In this document: piece after piece, positions 1 to 9,340 of the stretch
Numbering within the stretch: the first letter of the stretch is position 1
Layout of the letters: every line of letters begins with the position of its first letter
NCBI GenBank assembly: GCA_041687695.1
Contig: JAWLBL010000033.1
Span: forward strand, 1-64,000
Length of the DNA stretch: 64,000 nt
Direction of reading: 5' to 3'
Source: Myxococcota bacterium
GTDB taxonomy: Bacteria > Myxococcota_A > UBA9042 > PHBI01 > JAWLBL01
Notes under the pieces: model-generated
The model's database searches: none
Seen by the model: only the letters and a program-made list of their open reading frames with translations
What the model was told of the DNA's origin: nothing
Made by a program: the position numbers and the translations under genes

Positions 1-267
1 GCTCCGCCGGCGCGGAAAGCGCCGCCATGGGCGGCGCACTCCGAAAGCGGGCCCTTCGGCCCGCGTAAGAGGCGGACCGCCAACTCGCGCCGGCTCCGCC
101 GGCGCGGAAAGCGCCGCCATGAGCGGCGCACTCCGAAAGCGGGCCCTTCGGTCCGCGTAAGAGGCGGACCGTCAACTCGCGCCGGCTCCGCCGGCGCGGA
201 AAGCGCCGCCATGGGCGGCGCACTCCGAAAGCGGGCCCTTCGGCCCGCGTAAGAGGCGGACCGCCAA
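1..267. repeat. Tandem 92-bp hairpin-rich REP/BIME-like repeat, about 3 copies (truncated at window start)
   Basis: Units start at 1, 93 and 185. Each carries the hairpins GCGCCGCC-ATG-GGCGGCGC and GCGGGCC-CTTC-GGCCCGC, and GCGCCGGC-TCC-GCCGGCGC spans the unit junctions. Confidence 0.9.
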
Positions 268-437
268 GGTGACCCGAAGACGCCGGCACCCGCCGTGCCG
301 AGTTCGATGAACGGCCCTGCAAGGGCGAGAGAACCGCCCTTTCGGAGCGCCGCCTCGGAAGCCGGTGATCCCAGAGGTGGGCGCTGGAGGCATCGTGCCG
401 GCCGGCTGGAGGAGCCTGTCGCACAAGGGCACTGATC

Positions 438-505
438 GCGGGCCGCAGGCCCGCTTTCGGAGTGCTCGGCCCATGGCCGAGCTTTGCGCCGGCTCTGCCG
501 GCGCG
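438..505 (-). repeat. Diverged inverted copy of the 92-bp repeat unit
   Basis: Reverse complement reads GCGCCGGC-AGA-GCCGGCGC AAA GCTCGGCC-ATG-GGCCGAGC ACTCCGAAA GCGGGCC-TGC-GGCCCGC. Confidence 0.8.
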
Positions 506-600
506 GCTGGTGCTGGAAGCCGTCGATCCCAGGGGCCGGGCGCTGGAGGGGGCGGGGTGCCGGCCGGCCGGCCGCGAATTCAGGGGGCGGACGGGCTCGG

Positions 601-3174
601 TCAGGGCGCGGGGCGGTAGAGGTAGGTGTCGACGGTGGTGAGGCGGCCGCGCAGGACCAGCTCGGCGCGGCCGTCGCCGTCGAAGTCGGCGGGCAGGGCC
701 TCGTGCTGGTCGGCGGCGAGGTGGTGGGGGCCGAAGGGGCCGGCGTTGCCCAGGGTGACGGCGGCCTGGAAGGCGCCGGCGCCGTTGGTGAGCAGGAGCC
801 GGGTCGCGCCGGCCGGGGTGAGGGCCTGCAGGAAGAGGTCGGCGGCGCCGTCGCCGTTGAAGTCGCCCGCGACGAGGCGGCGGCCGGAGGCGGCCCAGGT
901 GGCCGTGTCGACGCCGAAGGCGCCGTCGAGCTGCCAGGCGTCCAGGAAGGGGGCGGCCGGGTCGGCGGCGCCGCGGAGCAGCCAGGTGGCGCCGGCGGCC
1001 GTCTTGGGCTGCAGGAGGAGGTCGGCGCGGCCGTCGCCGTCGAAGTCGGCGAGGTGGGGGACCGAGGCGGCGGTCGACCAGGCGGCGGCGGGCAGGTCGA
1101 AGGCGCCGGTCAGGACCTGGGCCTCGGCGAAGAGGCCGTCTTCGGTGGCGCGGAGGAGGCGGGCGGAGCCCTCGGCGGTCGCGGGGAGCAGGAGCAGGTC
1201 GGCGCGGCCGTCGCCGTCGAAGTCGCCGGCGTGGACGGCGGCGTCGGCCCACAGGGCGTCGTCGAGGCCGAAGAAGTAGGTGACGTTGGCCAGATCGCCC
1301 AGGCCGGCGGGCTGGCCGCCGCGGAGCAGGAAGGCGGCGCCCGGGTCGCGGGGGACGAGCAGCAGGTCGTCGGCGCCGTCACCGTCGAAGTCGGCGACGA
1401 CGGGGTCGCGCTGGGCGGCGTCCCACTTGTCGGCGGTCATGTCGAAGGCCCAGGTGACCACCTGCGGGGCCTTGAAGGCGCCGTTGCCGTCGGCGAGCAG
1501 CAGGAAGGAGTCGCCGGTGGCGCCGCGGGCGCGCAGGAGGACGTCGGCGCGGCCGTCGCCGTCGAAGTCGCCGACCGTCAGGGCGTGATCGTCGTGGGAC
1601 CACTGGCCGGCGGGCAGGCCGGGGGGCTCGGACAGGGTCAGCTCGGGGGCGAAGGTGGTGCCGTCGGTGGCGCGCAGCAGGTAGGTGGCGTGGGCGGCGC
1701 TCTTGCCCTGCAGGAGCAGATCGGCGCGGCCGTCGCCGTCGAAGTCGGCGGCGTGGGCGACGCGGTACTGCTCGGACCACTTGCCGCCGGTCATCCAGGG
1801 TTCGCGGGTCAGGACGCGGTGGCCGGCGGTGGCGGGGGCGCAGCCGTCCTGGTCGGTGGTGCAGGGCTCGAAGGCGCGGACGCGGTCGATGCGGTGGACC
1901 ATCGGCTGGAAGTTGGACAGGTCCTGCTTCAGCCCGCCGGTCGGGACGATCGAGGTGTTGAGGATGAAGAAGAAGGGCGACGCGGGGACCTCGAGCGGCA
2001 GCGGGCCGACGGCGGCGCCGAGCTGCTCGGGGTCGGCCGAGCCGATGATGGTCGCGTCGAGCATCAGGCCGTCCCAGACGCGGCCGACCTCGAGGTCGTC
2101 GAAGAAGAAGCGGATCTCGCCGGGCCGCCACTCGACCGCGTAGGTGTGCCAGGTCGTGGTGAAGCGGGCGTCGCCGGGGTCGTGGTGGTGGCCGCGGCTG
2201 TAGTGGGTGCGGGTCTCACCGTCGACGGTGCCGCCGTGGAAGGTGGCGTGCGCCTCGGTGGGGTGCTCCCAGATGGCCTCCATGATGTCTATCTCGCCCG
2301 CGTCGGGCCAGCCGCCGTCCTGCGGCAGCATCCAGTGGGCCGGCCAGGCGCCGGGGCCGGCGGGCAGGATGGCGCGGACCTCGAAGCGGCCGTACTGCTG
2401 CTGGAAGCCCGGGGTGCCGTCCCAGGCGCGGGACATGATGGCGCCGGAGCGGATGGGGCACTCCTCGGCGACGTAGTAGTCGGGGAGCTCGCCGCCGCAG
2501 CTCCAGGGGCCGGCGCCAGAGGCCTTGGTGGCCTTCAAACGCAGCTCGCCGTCCGAGACCTCGACCTGGGTGGCGTCGAGCTTGTTGATGCCGGTGCCCC
2601 AGGGCTTGTTCCAGTCCATCCAGTTGTAGATGTCGTAGACCGACCAGCGGCACTTGTTCAGGTCGGCCAGGGCGTCGGCGACCTCGGGCGGGCAGGGGGC
2701 GCGGCTCCAGTAGCGGTCGAGGCACATCGGCGGCGTCTTCGCGGCGTCGTAGCAGGGGTCGCCGGGCGTAGGGGGGCCGTCGAAGTCGTCGTCCAGGGTG
2801 AGGCGCCAGCCGGGCAGCGGCGCGGGCGGCGGGGGCTCGGTGTCGCCGGCGTCGGGGGACGCGGTGTCGTCGGGGACGTCGGCGGCCACGTCTTCGAGGG
2901 CGTCGGCGGCGTCCTCGAGCGCGTCGGGCACGTCGTCGAGGGCGTCGGCGGCGTCCTCGAGCGCGTCGGGGACGTCGTAGGAGACGTCGGGCTGGACGTC
3001 GTCGACGGTCTCGACGGCGTCGAGCGGGCCGGGGGCCAGGTCGTCGATGATGTCCGTGGTCGGCAGCTCGTAGCCGGGCTCGGCGTCCGGCGCGCCAGGG
3101 CGCGGGTCGTCGCCGCACGCGGCCAGCGCCAGAGCGCCCGCGATCGCCAGTCGTAGGCCGTGCCTGCTCGTCAT
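601..3174 (-). CDS. Lipoprotein: GH16 glycoside hydrolase plus C-terminal FG-GAP/VCBS beta-propeller
   Basis: Lipobox LAAC, acidic linker, GH16 motif WPxxGEIDIME, and 7 DFDGDGxxDLL repeats. Start re-called at ATG 3174. Confidence 0.85.
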   Translation of the reverse strand: MTSRHGLRLAIAGALALAACGDDPRPGAPDAEPGYELPTTDIIDDLAPGPLDAVETVDDVQPDVSYDVPDALEDAADALDDVPDALEDAADALEDVAADVPDDTASPDAGDTEPPPPAPLPGWRLTLDDDFDGPPTPGDPCYDAAKTPPMCLDRYWSRAPCPPEVADALADLNKCRWSVYDIYNWMDWNKPWGTGINKLDATQVEVSDGELRLKATKASGAGPWSCGGELPDYYVAEECPIRSGAIMSRAWDGTPGFQQQYGRFEVRAILPAGPGAWPAHWMLPQDGGWPDAGEIDIMEAIWEHPTEAHATFHGGTVDGETRTHYSRGHHHDPGDARFTTTWHTYAVEWRPGEIRFFFDDLEVGRVWDGLMLDATIIGSADPEQLGAAVGPLPLEVPASPFFFILNTSIVPTGGLKQDLSNFQPMVHRIDRVRAFEPCTTDQDGCAPATAGHRVLTREPWMTGGKWSEQYRVAHAADFDGDGRADLLLQGKSAAHATYLLRATDGTTFAPELTLSEPPGLPAGQWSHDDHALTVGDFDGDGRADVLLRARGATGDSFLLLADGNGAFKAPQVVTWAFDMTADKWDAAQRDPVVADFDGDGADDLLLVPRDPGAAFLLRGGQPAGLGDLANVTYFFGLDDALWADAAVHAGDFDGDGRADLLLLPATAEGSARLLRATEDGLFAEAQVLTGAFDLPAAAWSTAASVPHLADFDGDGRADLLLQPKTAAGATWLLRGAADPAAPFLDAWQLDGAFGVDTATWAASGRRLVAGDFNGDGAADLFLQALTPAGATRLLLTNGAGAFQAAVTLGNAGPFGPHHLAADQHEALPADFDGDGRAELVLRGRLTTVDTYLYRPAP

Positions 3175-3498
3175 CGGTATGCCCCCCTCGGTGCGGTCTG
3201 GGCGCAGGTTGGGCGAGCCTGGGCGCCGACGCAAGCGGAGTCGGAGTGGCCCGGGGCGGGTCGGCTGGCACGAGGCCTTCGTAGAGGCCCTGTGGAGTGC
3301 TCCACCTTGGTGGAGCCCCCATCCGGCGCAGCTTGCTGCGCCGGGTTGGCGACCAGATCCCGGCGGCAAGCCGCCGGGGCCGGGGCTCCGGCAAGCCGGA
3401 GCACTCCGAGGCCGCCTTCGGCGGCGCCCCCGCCTTCGGGCTTGCGCGCGGGGGGCGGCGGGGGGAGGCTCGCGCGCCGACGGACAGGGGAGGGGCGG

Positions 3499-4404
3499 TT
3501 GGGCGAGGTCGTGGCGTTCGTGGTGCTGCTGGTCGGGGCGGGGTGGGCCCTGCGGCGGGTGCGGCTGGTGCGGGTCGAGGCCGCCAAGGACCTCAACCAG
3601 ATCGTCTTCTACCTGACGCTGCCGCCGCTCATCTTCCTGGCGCTGCACCGGGGCGAGCTGGCCTGGGACATGCTGGCCATGCCGGGGCTGGCCTGGGGCG
3701 TCTCGGTCGTCGGGCTGGGGCTGGGCTGGCTGGGGGCGCGGCTGCTGGGGCTGCGGGGGAAGCTGGCCGGGGCGTTCATCCTGGCGCTGACCTTCGGCAA
3801 CACGACCTACTTCGGCTACCCGGTCATCACCGAGCTGTACGGCGAGCGACACCTGACGCTGGCCATCTTCTACGATCTGCTGGGCGCGACGCTGGCCGTG
3901 AACACGCTGGGTGTGTCGGTCGCGGCGGCCCTGGGGTCGGGGGCGATCGCGGCCAAGGCCATCGCGAAGAAGCTCGCGACCTTCCCGCCCATCTGGGCGC
4001 TGGCGCTGGGGCTCGCGCTGCGGCCGATCGCGCTGCCCGAGGCGCTGGTCGGGCTGCTCGAGCCGGTCGGCGCGCTGACGACGCCGCTGATGATGCTGTC
4101 CATCGGCCTGTCCCTCGAGCTGCGCCACTGGCGCTCGCACGGCAAGCCGGTCATGGCCGCCGTCGCCGGCCGCCTGCTGGTCCTGCCGGCGGTGACCTGG
4201 GGCGTCGCCCTCGCCCTGGGGCTGCCCACCGACTTCACCCAGGCGGCGGTGATGCAGGCCGGGATGCCGACCATGCTCTACTCGTTCACCCTGGCCCTGC
4301 TCTTCGACCTCGACACCCGCCTGGTCCTCAACGCGATCCTGTTCACGACCGTCCTCAGCTTCCTGACCCTGCCCCTGTGGTTTCAGCTGCTCGGCGGCGC
4401 CTGA
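3499..4404 (+). CDS. AEC (auxin efflux carrier/malate permease) family transporter
   Basis: Multi-TM protein with LTLPPLIF, FGNTTYFGYP and QAGMPT motifs. TTG start follows GGGGAGGGG. Confidence 0.85.
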   Translation: MGEVVAFVVLLVGAGWALRRVRLVRVEAAKDLNQIVFYLTLPPLIFLALHRGELAWDMLAMPGLAWGVSVVGLGLGWLGARLLGLRGKLAGAFILALTFGNTTYFGYPVITELYGERHLTLAIFYDLLGATLAVNTLGVSVAAALGSGAIAAKAIAKKLATFPPIWALALGLALRPIALPEALVGLLEPVGALTTPLMMLSIGLSLELRHWRSHGKPVMAAVAGRLLVLPAVTWGVALALGLPTDFTQAAVMQAGMPTMLYSFTLALLFDLDTRLVLNAILFTTVLSFLTLPLWFQLLGGA

Positions 4405-4480
4405 GCGTGGCGCGCCGGTCACCGCGCCGCCGGATCCGACCTTGCCCGGTCGCCTCGCCTGGGCTATTCGCCAACGCCGG

Positions 4481-6106
4481 ATGAGCGACCGCGACACCCA
4501 GCACGACGCCGCCCCCGCGGCGGCCGCCCCGACCGCGACGGGCGACCTCGGCCCCACCGGGACGCAGCCGACGCTGCCCGCCGGCGACCGCCCGGATCGG
4601 CAGGCGAGCGGGTCGGGCGCCTTCGGCCCGGGCGCGCTGCTGTCGGGGCGCTATCGGCTGCTCGAGGAGCTGGGCAGCGGCGCCGTCGGGCAGGTCTTCC
4701 GGGCCGAGCACACGCTGATGGCCAAGACCGTCGCCATCAAGGTGCTGCACGCCGACGTGGTCCACAGCGAGGCCATCGTCGCGCGCTTTCAGCAGGAGGC
4801 GCAGGCCGCCGCCCGCATCGACCACCCGAACGTGTGCGCCGCCACCGACTTCGGCGTCACCGAGGGCGGCGCCTTCTTCATGGTGATGGAGCACCTCGAG
4901 GGCGAGACGCTGGCCGCCGTGCTCGAGCGCGAGCGGCGCCTGCCGCCGGCGCGGGCCGGGGCCATCACCTTGCAGGTCCTGGACGCGCTGGCCCGCTCGC
5001 ACGCCCTGGGCATCGTCCACCGGGATCTGAAGCCCGACAACGTCATGCTGGTCGAGCGCGACGGCGTGCGCGACTTCGTGAAGGTCCTGGACTTCGGCAT
5101 CGCCCGGTCGGTCGACCCCGCCAGCTTCGGCACCTCGAAGCTGACCGCCTTCGGGATGACCCTGGGCACCCCCCAGTACATGTCGCCCGAGCAGGTCGTC
5201 GCCTCGGACGTCGACCCGCGCTCGGACCTGTACTCGCTGGGCGTGATGCTGTTCGAGATGCTGACCGGGCGGCTCCCGTGGGGCGACGACGACCTGCTGG
5301 CGTCGATGCGCGCCCGCATCGTCACCACGGCGCCGACCCTGCGCGCCGCGGCGCCCGAGGCGGCCGTCCCCGAGGCCCTGGAGCGCTACGTCGCGCGGCT
5401 ATTGGCCACGCGGCCCGAGGACCGCTTCGAGGGCGCCGAGGCCGCGCGGGCGGCGCTGCTGGAGGCGCTGGACGGCGACGTCGCCGCGACCCCCGCGCGC
5501 CGGGTGCAGCCGCCGCTCGCCCCCGACGCGCCGGCCGCCGGAGGCGCCAGCACGCGACGGGCCATCATCGGCGGCGTGGTGGCGGGGCTGGCCATCCTGC
5601 TGATCTGGGGGCAGCGCGACGCCGAGGTCGCGGTGAGCGACGCGCCCAGCGCGCTGACCGGGGAAGCCCCGAGCGAGCCGCAGCCGGACGGGGCGCCCAA
5701 GGCCTTCGCCACGGCGGCGCTCGCGGCCGGGATGGCGGCGGGCCCCGTGGTCGTCGCGGACGCGCGCGGGCTGGGGGTCAAGCGGCACGTGACGGCGCGC
5801 GAGGTGGTCGACCGAGAGCCGCGCGACGCGCGCGAGGCCTTCACGCCGGCCGACCGCGAGCTGTACTGCTTCTTCGAACTGGATAACGCCAAGGGCGGCA
5901 AGCGCCGGCTGACCGTGTCGTGGGTCAAGGACGGCGTCGAGCGCTTCTCGTCGGATCTGGACGTGGGGCGCAGCACGCGCTGGCGGACCTGGGCCAAGCT
6001 GGGGCTGATGGGGGACCCGGTCGGGCTGTGGCGCTGCGATCTGGTCAACGAGGACAGCCAGGTCATCAGCTCGCAGCGCTTCAGCGTCAAGCCGCAGCGC
6101 GAGTAG
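4481..6106 (+). CDS. Membrane Ser/Thr protein kinase with C-terminal DUF2914-like domain
   Basis: GxGxxG, VAIK, HRDLKPDN, DFG and GTPQYMSPE motifs, one TM helix, and a C-terminal LYCF...V.W...RWRTW...G.WR pattern. Confidence 0.9.
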   Translation: MSDRDTQHDAAPAAAAPTATGDLGPTGTQPTLPAGDRPDRQASGSGAFGPGALLSGRYRLLEELGSGAVGQVFRAEHTLMAKTVAIKVLHADVVHSEAIVARFQQEAQAAARIDHPNVCAATDFGVTEGGAFFMVMEHLEGETLAAVLERERRLPPARAGAITLQVLDALARSHALGIVHRDLKPDNVMLVERDGVRDFVKVLDFGIARSVDPASFGTSKLTAFGMTLGTPQYMSPEQVVASDVDPRSDLYSLGVMLFEMLTGRLPWGDDDLLASMRARIVTTAPTLRAAAPEAAVPEALERYVARLLATRPEDRFEGAEAARAALLEALDGDVAATPARRVQPPLAPDAPAAGGASTRRAIIGGVVAGLAILLIWGQRDAEVAVSDAPSALTGEAPSEPQPDGAPKAFATAALAAGMAAGPVVVADARGLGVKRHVTAREVVDREPRDAREAFTPADRELYCFFELDNAKGGKRRLTVSWVKDGVERFSSDLDVGRSTRWRTWAKLGLMGDPVGLWRCDLVNEDSQVISSQRFSVKPQRE

Positions 6107-8573
6107 GACCCAGGTCGGTGGTGTCGGGGCGGCTGGCGCGGCCCCAGCCCAGGGCCGAGGCGCCGGCGATGATGGCGGTCGTGGCCAGGTAGCAGGTCAT
6201 GATGCCGATGAAGGCGACCCAGCCGATGGAGCGCAGGCCCTCGACGTGGGCGACGATCAGGGCGCCGAAGCCGAAGCCGGTGGTCAGGGCGGTGACGCCG
6301 GCGGGGACGGCGGTCGAGCGCAGGACGTGGCGCAGGCCCGGGTGGTCGGGGGCGCGCAGGCGCAGGACCAGATGGATGGCGGTCTGCAGGCCCATGCCGA
6401 AGACGGTCGGCAGGACGACGATGTTGAAGAGGTTGAGCGGCAGGCCGAAGGCGGCGAGCAGGCCGAGGAAGAGGGTGAAGCCGGCCGCCATGGCGCCGAA
6501 GGCCAGGGCGACGTCGGACCAGCGCCGCAGGGCGACGACCAGGATGAGCAGCATGCAGGCGGCGGCGAGGGCGACCGCCTGGGGGCCCTCTTCGCGGACG
6601 GTGGTGTAGGCGTCGCCCAGGATGAACCAGGCGGCGGTGGCGTGGTGGACCTTGCCGCCGGCCTCGATGGCGCCGACCTGGTCGGCGATGCGCAGGACCT
6701 CGCGGGCGTCGGACTTGACGCCCTTGACGTACAGCATCACGAACGAGCCCAGCTGGCCGCGGGTGTCCGTGAACTGGTCGCGCACCCAGGCGGGTAGATC
6801 GGTGACGCCGAAGCCGGCCGGGGTCAGCAGCTCGCGCAGGCGGTCGGCGTCCTGCTTGGCGCGGCCCTCGAGCAGGGCGTACTTCATGTCGAGCTTGCGC
6901 TTGACCTCGGCGACGCGGGCGAGCTTGGTCGGCTGCTCGTCGGGGACGAACGTGAAGATGGACACGAAGTCCTGCAGGGCCGGCAGGGTCGGCTGGAGCT
7001 CGGCCAGGCGGCGGTGCAGGGCCTGGGTGTCGGCGAGGCCGTCGGTGACGATGAGGGCCGGGCTGGCGGCGCGGGTGTCGGCCTCGGCGTGGTACTTCTT
7101 CTTGAGCTCGCTGGTCGCGTGGGTGTTCTGGGCGCGCATCTTGCGCATGTCGGCCTCGAACTCGAGGCGGGGCAGGGCCAGGGCGGCGCCGGCGAGCAGG
7201 ACGCCGACGGTGGCGAGGACGACGGCGCCGACGCGGCGGGTGGAGCGGGTGCGCTGGGGAGGCCGGGCGGGGGGCGTGGCGTCGTCCGAGGGCGCGTGCA
7301 GCGGGACGTGGGGCCGGATGCGGTGGAAGGCGGCGATGAAGACCGGCAGGACCAGGAAGGTGGTGGCGATGCAGAGCAGGACGCCGACGCCGGCGATGAG
7401 GCCGAACTGGGAGAAGCCGCGGAAGTCGAAGAAGACCAGGCAGAAGAAGCTGGCCATGGTGGCGAGGCCGGCGGTGGTCATCGCGGGGCCGAGGGAGCCG
7501 AGCGAGCCGAGGATGGCCTGGTCGATGGATTTGCCGGCCTGCAGCTCCTCGTCGCAGCGGGACAGGACGTGGACGGAGTAGTCCTCGCCGAGGCCGGTGA
7601 CGATGGCGAAGATGAAGGAGGTGATGAGGTTGAGGTAGCCGATGGCGGCGCGGGCGAAGAAGAAGGTCCAGGCGAGGCCGATGGCGAGCGGCAGGACGAT
7701 GAGCAGCAGCGCGCGCACGCGGCGGTAGTGCAGGAAGATGATGGTCGACAGCGAGAGCAGGGCGAGGGAGGTCGCCAGCTGGAGGTCGCTGCCGAGCTGG
7801 TCGACGGCGGCGGTGACCTGGGCGTAGTCGCCCTCGGTGGCGAAGGTGAGGCCGGCCGTGGGGTGGCGGGCCCGGTGGCGGTGGAACTCGTCCTCGACGA
7901 GGGCCGTGAGCTCGGCCGTGCGCTCGGTGTCGGCGGGCTTGAAGGTCGGGTAGACGCGCAGGGCGATGACCTGGCCGTCGGGGCTCTCGTCGTACTCCGA
8001 GAAGGCCTGCAGGCCGAAGCGCCGCTTCAGCTCGTCCTCGTCGGGCAGGGCCGAGACGGGCTCGTCGACGGTGGCGGTGGCGGGCGGCTCGTCGGGCGCG
8101 TCGTCGTCCTCGTCGTCGTCGAAGCCGTCGAGGGCGAAGTCGTCGGCGACGGCGCGTTGGATGACGGCGTCGACCCGCGCCTCGAGGTCGGCCAGGTCGT
8201 CCATCGAGAGGTAGAGCAGGGCGTTTTGGCGGAAGAACGAGATGTCGCGGTGGACCTCGACCCGGCTGACCAGCTGGTCGTGGGCGGCCAGGGCGTCGCC
8301 GAGGGCGTGGGCGACCTGCCGGTTGAGGTCGCGATCGGGGCTGCCGACCAGGATCTGCAGCTCGGCGCGGGAGCCGACCCGGTCGCGGGCCTCGCGGGCG
8401 CGCGCGACCGAGGGCGTGCTCTCGGGGAAGAGGTCCTCCATGTCGGTGCGGATGGGGATGCCCATGCCCCACCAGCCCGCCGCGACGGTGGCCGCGACGA
8501 TGACCGCCAGGCTGACGAAGGGCCGCGCGATGAGCCGCGCCACCACGCGCCGAACGAGGTCACCTGGGGTCAT
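6087..8573 (-). CDS. MMPL/RND superfamily lipid exporter (HpnN-like)
   Basis: Two TM bundles with periplasmic loops and a GLGEDYSVH motif. ATG at 8573. Confidence 0.85.
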   Translation of the reverse strand: MTPGDLVRRVVARLIARPFVSLAVIVAATVAAGWWGMGIPIRTDMEDLFPESTPSVARAREARDRVGSRAELQILVGSPDRDLNRQVAHALGDALAAHDQLVSRVEVHRDISFFRQNALLYLSMDDLADLEARVDAVIQRAVADDFALDGFDDDEDDDAPDEPPATATVDEPVSALPDEDELKRRFGLQAFSEYDESPDGQVIALRVYPTFKPADTERTAELTALVEDEFHRHRARHPTAGLTFATEGDYAQVTAAVDQLGSDLQLATSLALLSLSTIIFLHYRRVRALLLIVLPLAIGLAWTFFFARAAIGYLNLITSFIFAIVTGLGEDYSVHVLSRCDEELQAGKSIDQAILGSLGSLGPAMTTAGLATMASFFCLVFFDFRGFSQFGLIAGVGVLLCIATTFLVLPVFIAAFHRIRPHVPLHAPSDDATPPARPPQRTRSTRRVGAVVLATVGVLLAGAALALPRLEFEADMRKMRAQNTHATSELKKKYHAEADTRAASPALIVTDGLADTQALHRRLAELQPTLPALQDFVSIFTFVPDEQPTKLARVAEVKRKLDMKYALLEGRAKQDADRLRELLTPAGFGVTDLPAWVRDQFTDTRGQLGSFVMLYVKGVKSDAREVLRIADQVGAIEAGGKVHHATAAWFILGDAYTTVREEGPQAVALAAACMLLILVVALRRWSDVALAFGAMAAGFTLFLGLLAAFGLPLNLFNIVVLPTVFGMGLQTAIHLVLRLRAPDHPGLRHVLRSTAVPAGVTALTTGFGFGALIVAHVEGLRSIGWVAFIGIMTCYLATTAIIAGASALGWGRASRPDTTDLGPTRAAA

Positions 8574-8726
8574 GTGTGGGTCTCCCTGCGGCTCACGGCG
8601 CGGACTATCGGCCCCGGCGCGGGCGCGGACAAGGCTCGGGCCGGGGTAGGGAACCCAGGGCCCATGGGGCGACATTCCGGCGCGGCAGTGCGCCGGGGCG
8701 GTCGTCGGTTGCGCTCGCTGCGGCCT

Positions 8727-9266
8727 CTACGTGGGGGTGGCGCGCTCAGCCGGCGCCTCGGGCTCGAGGGCCGGTGGCAGCCCGAGCGCGCGCCGCCGAC
8801 GCGCCTCGAGCAGCGCGACCAGCGCGCCCTTGTCCATGGAGTAGGCGCCCATCGTGTCGTGATAGCGCGGCACGCTGCCGGGCGCCCAGGGATCCAGGTG
8901 GATCGTCGGCCCGCCCTCGGTCTTCGGGTGACCGGGCCGGAGCCGGATGCCGATGAGCGGTCCCTTGGCGCGGACGACCGCGACCTCCTCGATGTCCTCC
9001 CACGCGTACGACGCCTGGTTGCGACCCGCCCGGTACTCGAGACCCCAGGCGTCGATGCGCAGGTAGGCGTAGTCGGGCTTGCGGATGGCGATCGCGAAGT
9101 AGAGGAGGGCGCCTCCCATGAGGGCCAGGAGCCAGCCGAAGAACGCCAACCGCCCGTCGACGGCGAACGGCGTCCCCAGCGCGACCTGCGCCGCTCCGAA
9201 GATCCCGAAGACGAGGCTCGCGCCCAGTGGCTGGTGCAGGACGATGGTCTCCTCGTCGTCGGACAC
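8727..9266 (-). CDS. Hypothetical membrane protein (2 TM plus bacterial PH-like domain)
   Basis: Two hydrophobic helices followed by LRIDAWGL...YAWEDIEEV. GTG start with a GAGGAG RBS. Confidence 0.6.
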   Translation of the reverse strand: MSDDEETIVLHQPLGASLVFGIFGAAQVALGTPFAVDGRLAFFGWLLALMGGALLYFAIAIRKPDYAYLRIDAWGLEYRAGRNQASYAWEDIEEVAVVRAKGPLIGIRLRPGHPKTEGGPTIHLDPWAPGSVPRYHDTMGAYSMDKGALVALLEARRRRALGLPPALEPEAPAERATPT

Positions 9267-9340
9267 GCTCGAGCTCCTCGTGCTCCTGCAAGGCGCGGCC
9301 GGCATGGTCCGGGCCGCCGTGCGCGCGTCGCTGGCGCGGC

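Noticed and set aside
1..267. 92-bp repeat as a CRISPR or tRNA array
   Set aside because: Whole units are near-identical with no spacers, and there is no tRNA cloverleaf or T-loop consensus.
484..3156. 890-aa plus-strand ORF and similar long shadow ORFs (e.g. 5386-8472, 7014-9383, 39289-44865, 56553-59039, 59227-61980)
   Set aside because: These are antisense or off-frame shadows of real genes, caused by stop-codon scarcity at high GC. They have low-complexity R/G/P/A composition and no motifs.
3175..4557. N-terminal extensions in the ORF track (e.g. 601-4557, 39034-45489, 59679-63002, 8727-11159)
   Set aside because: The extensions overlap real genes. Internal starts with an RBS, signal peptide or family N-terminal motif fit better.
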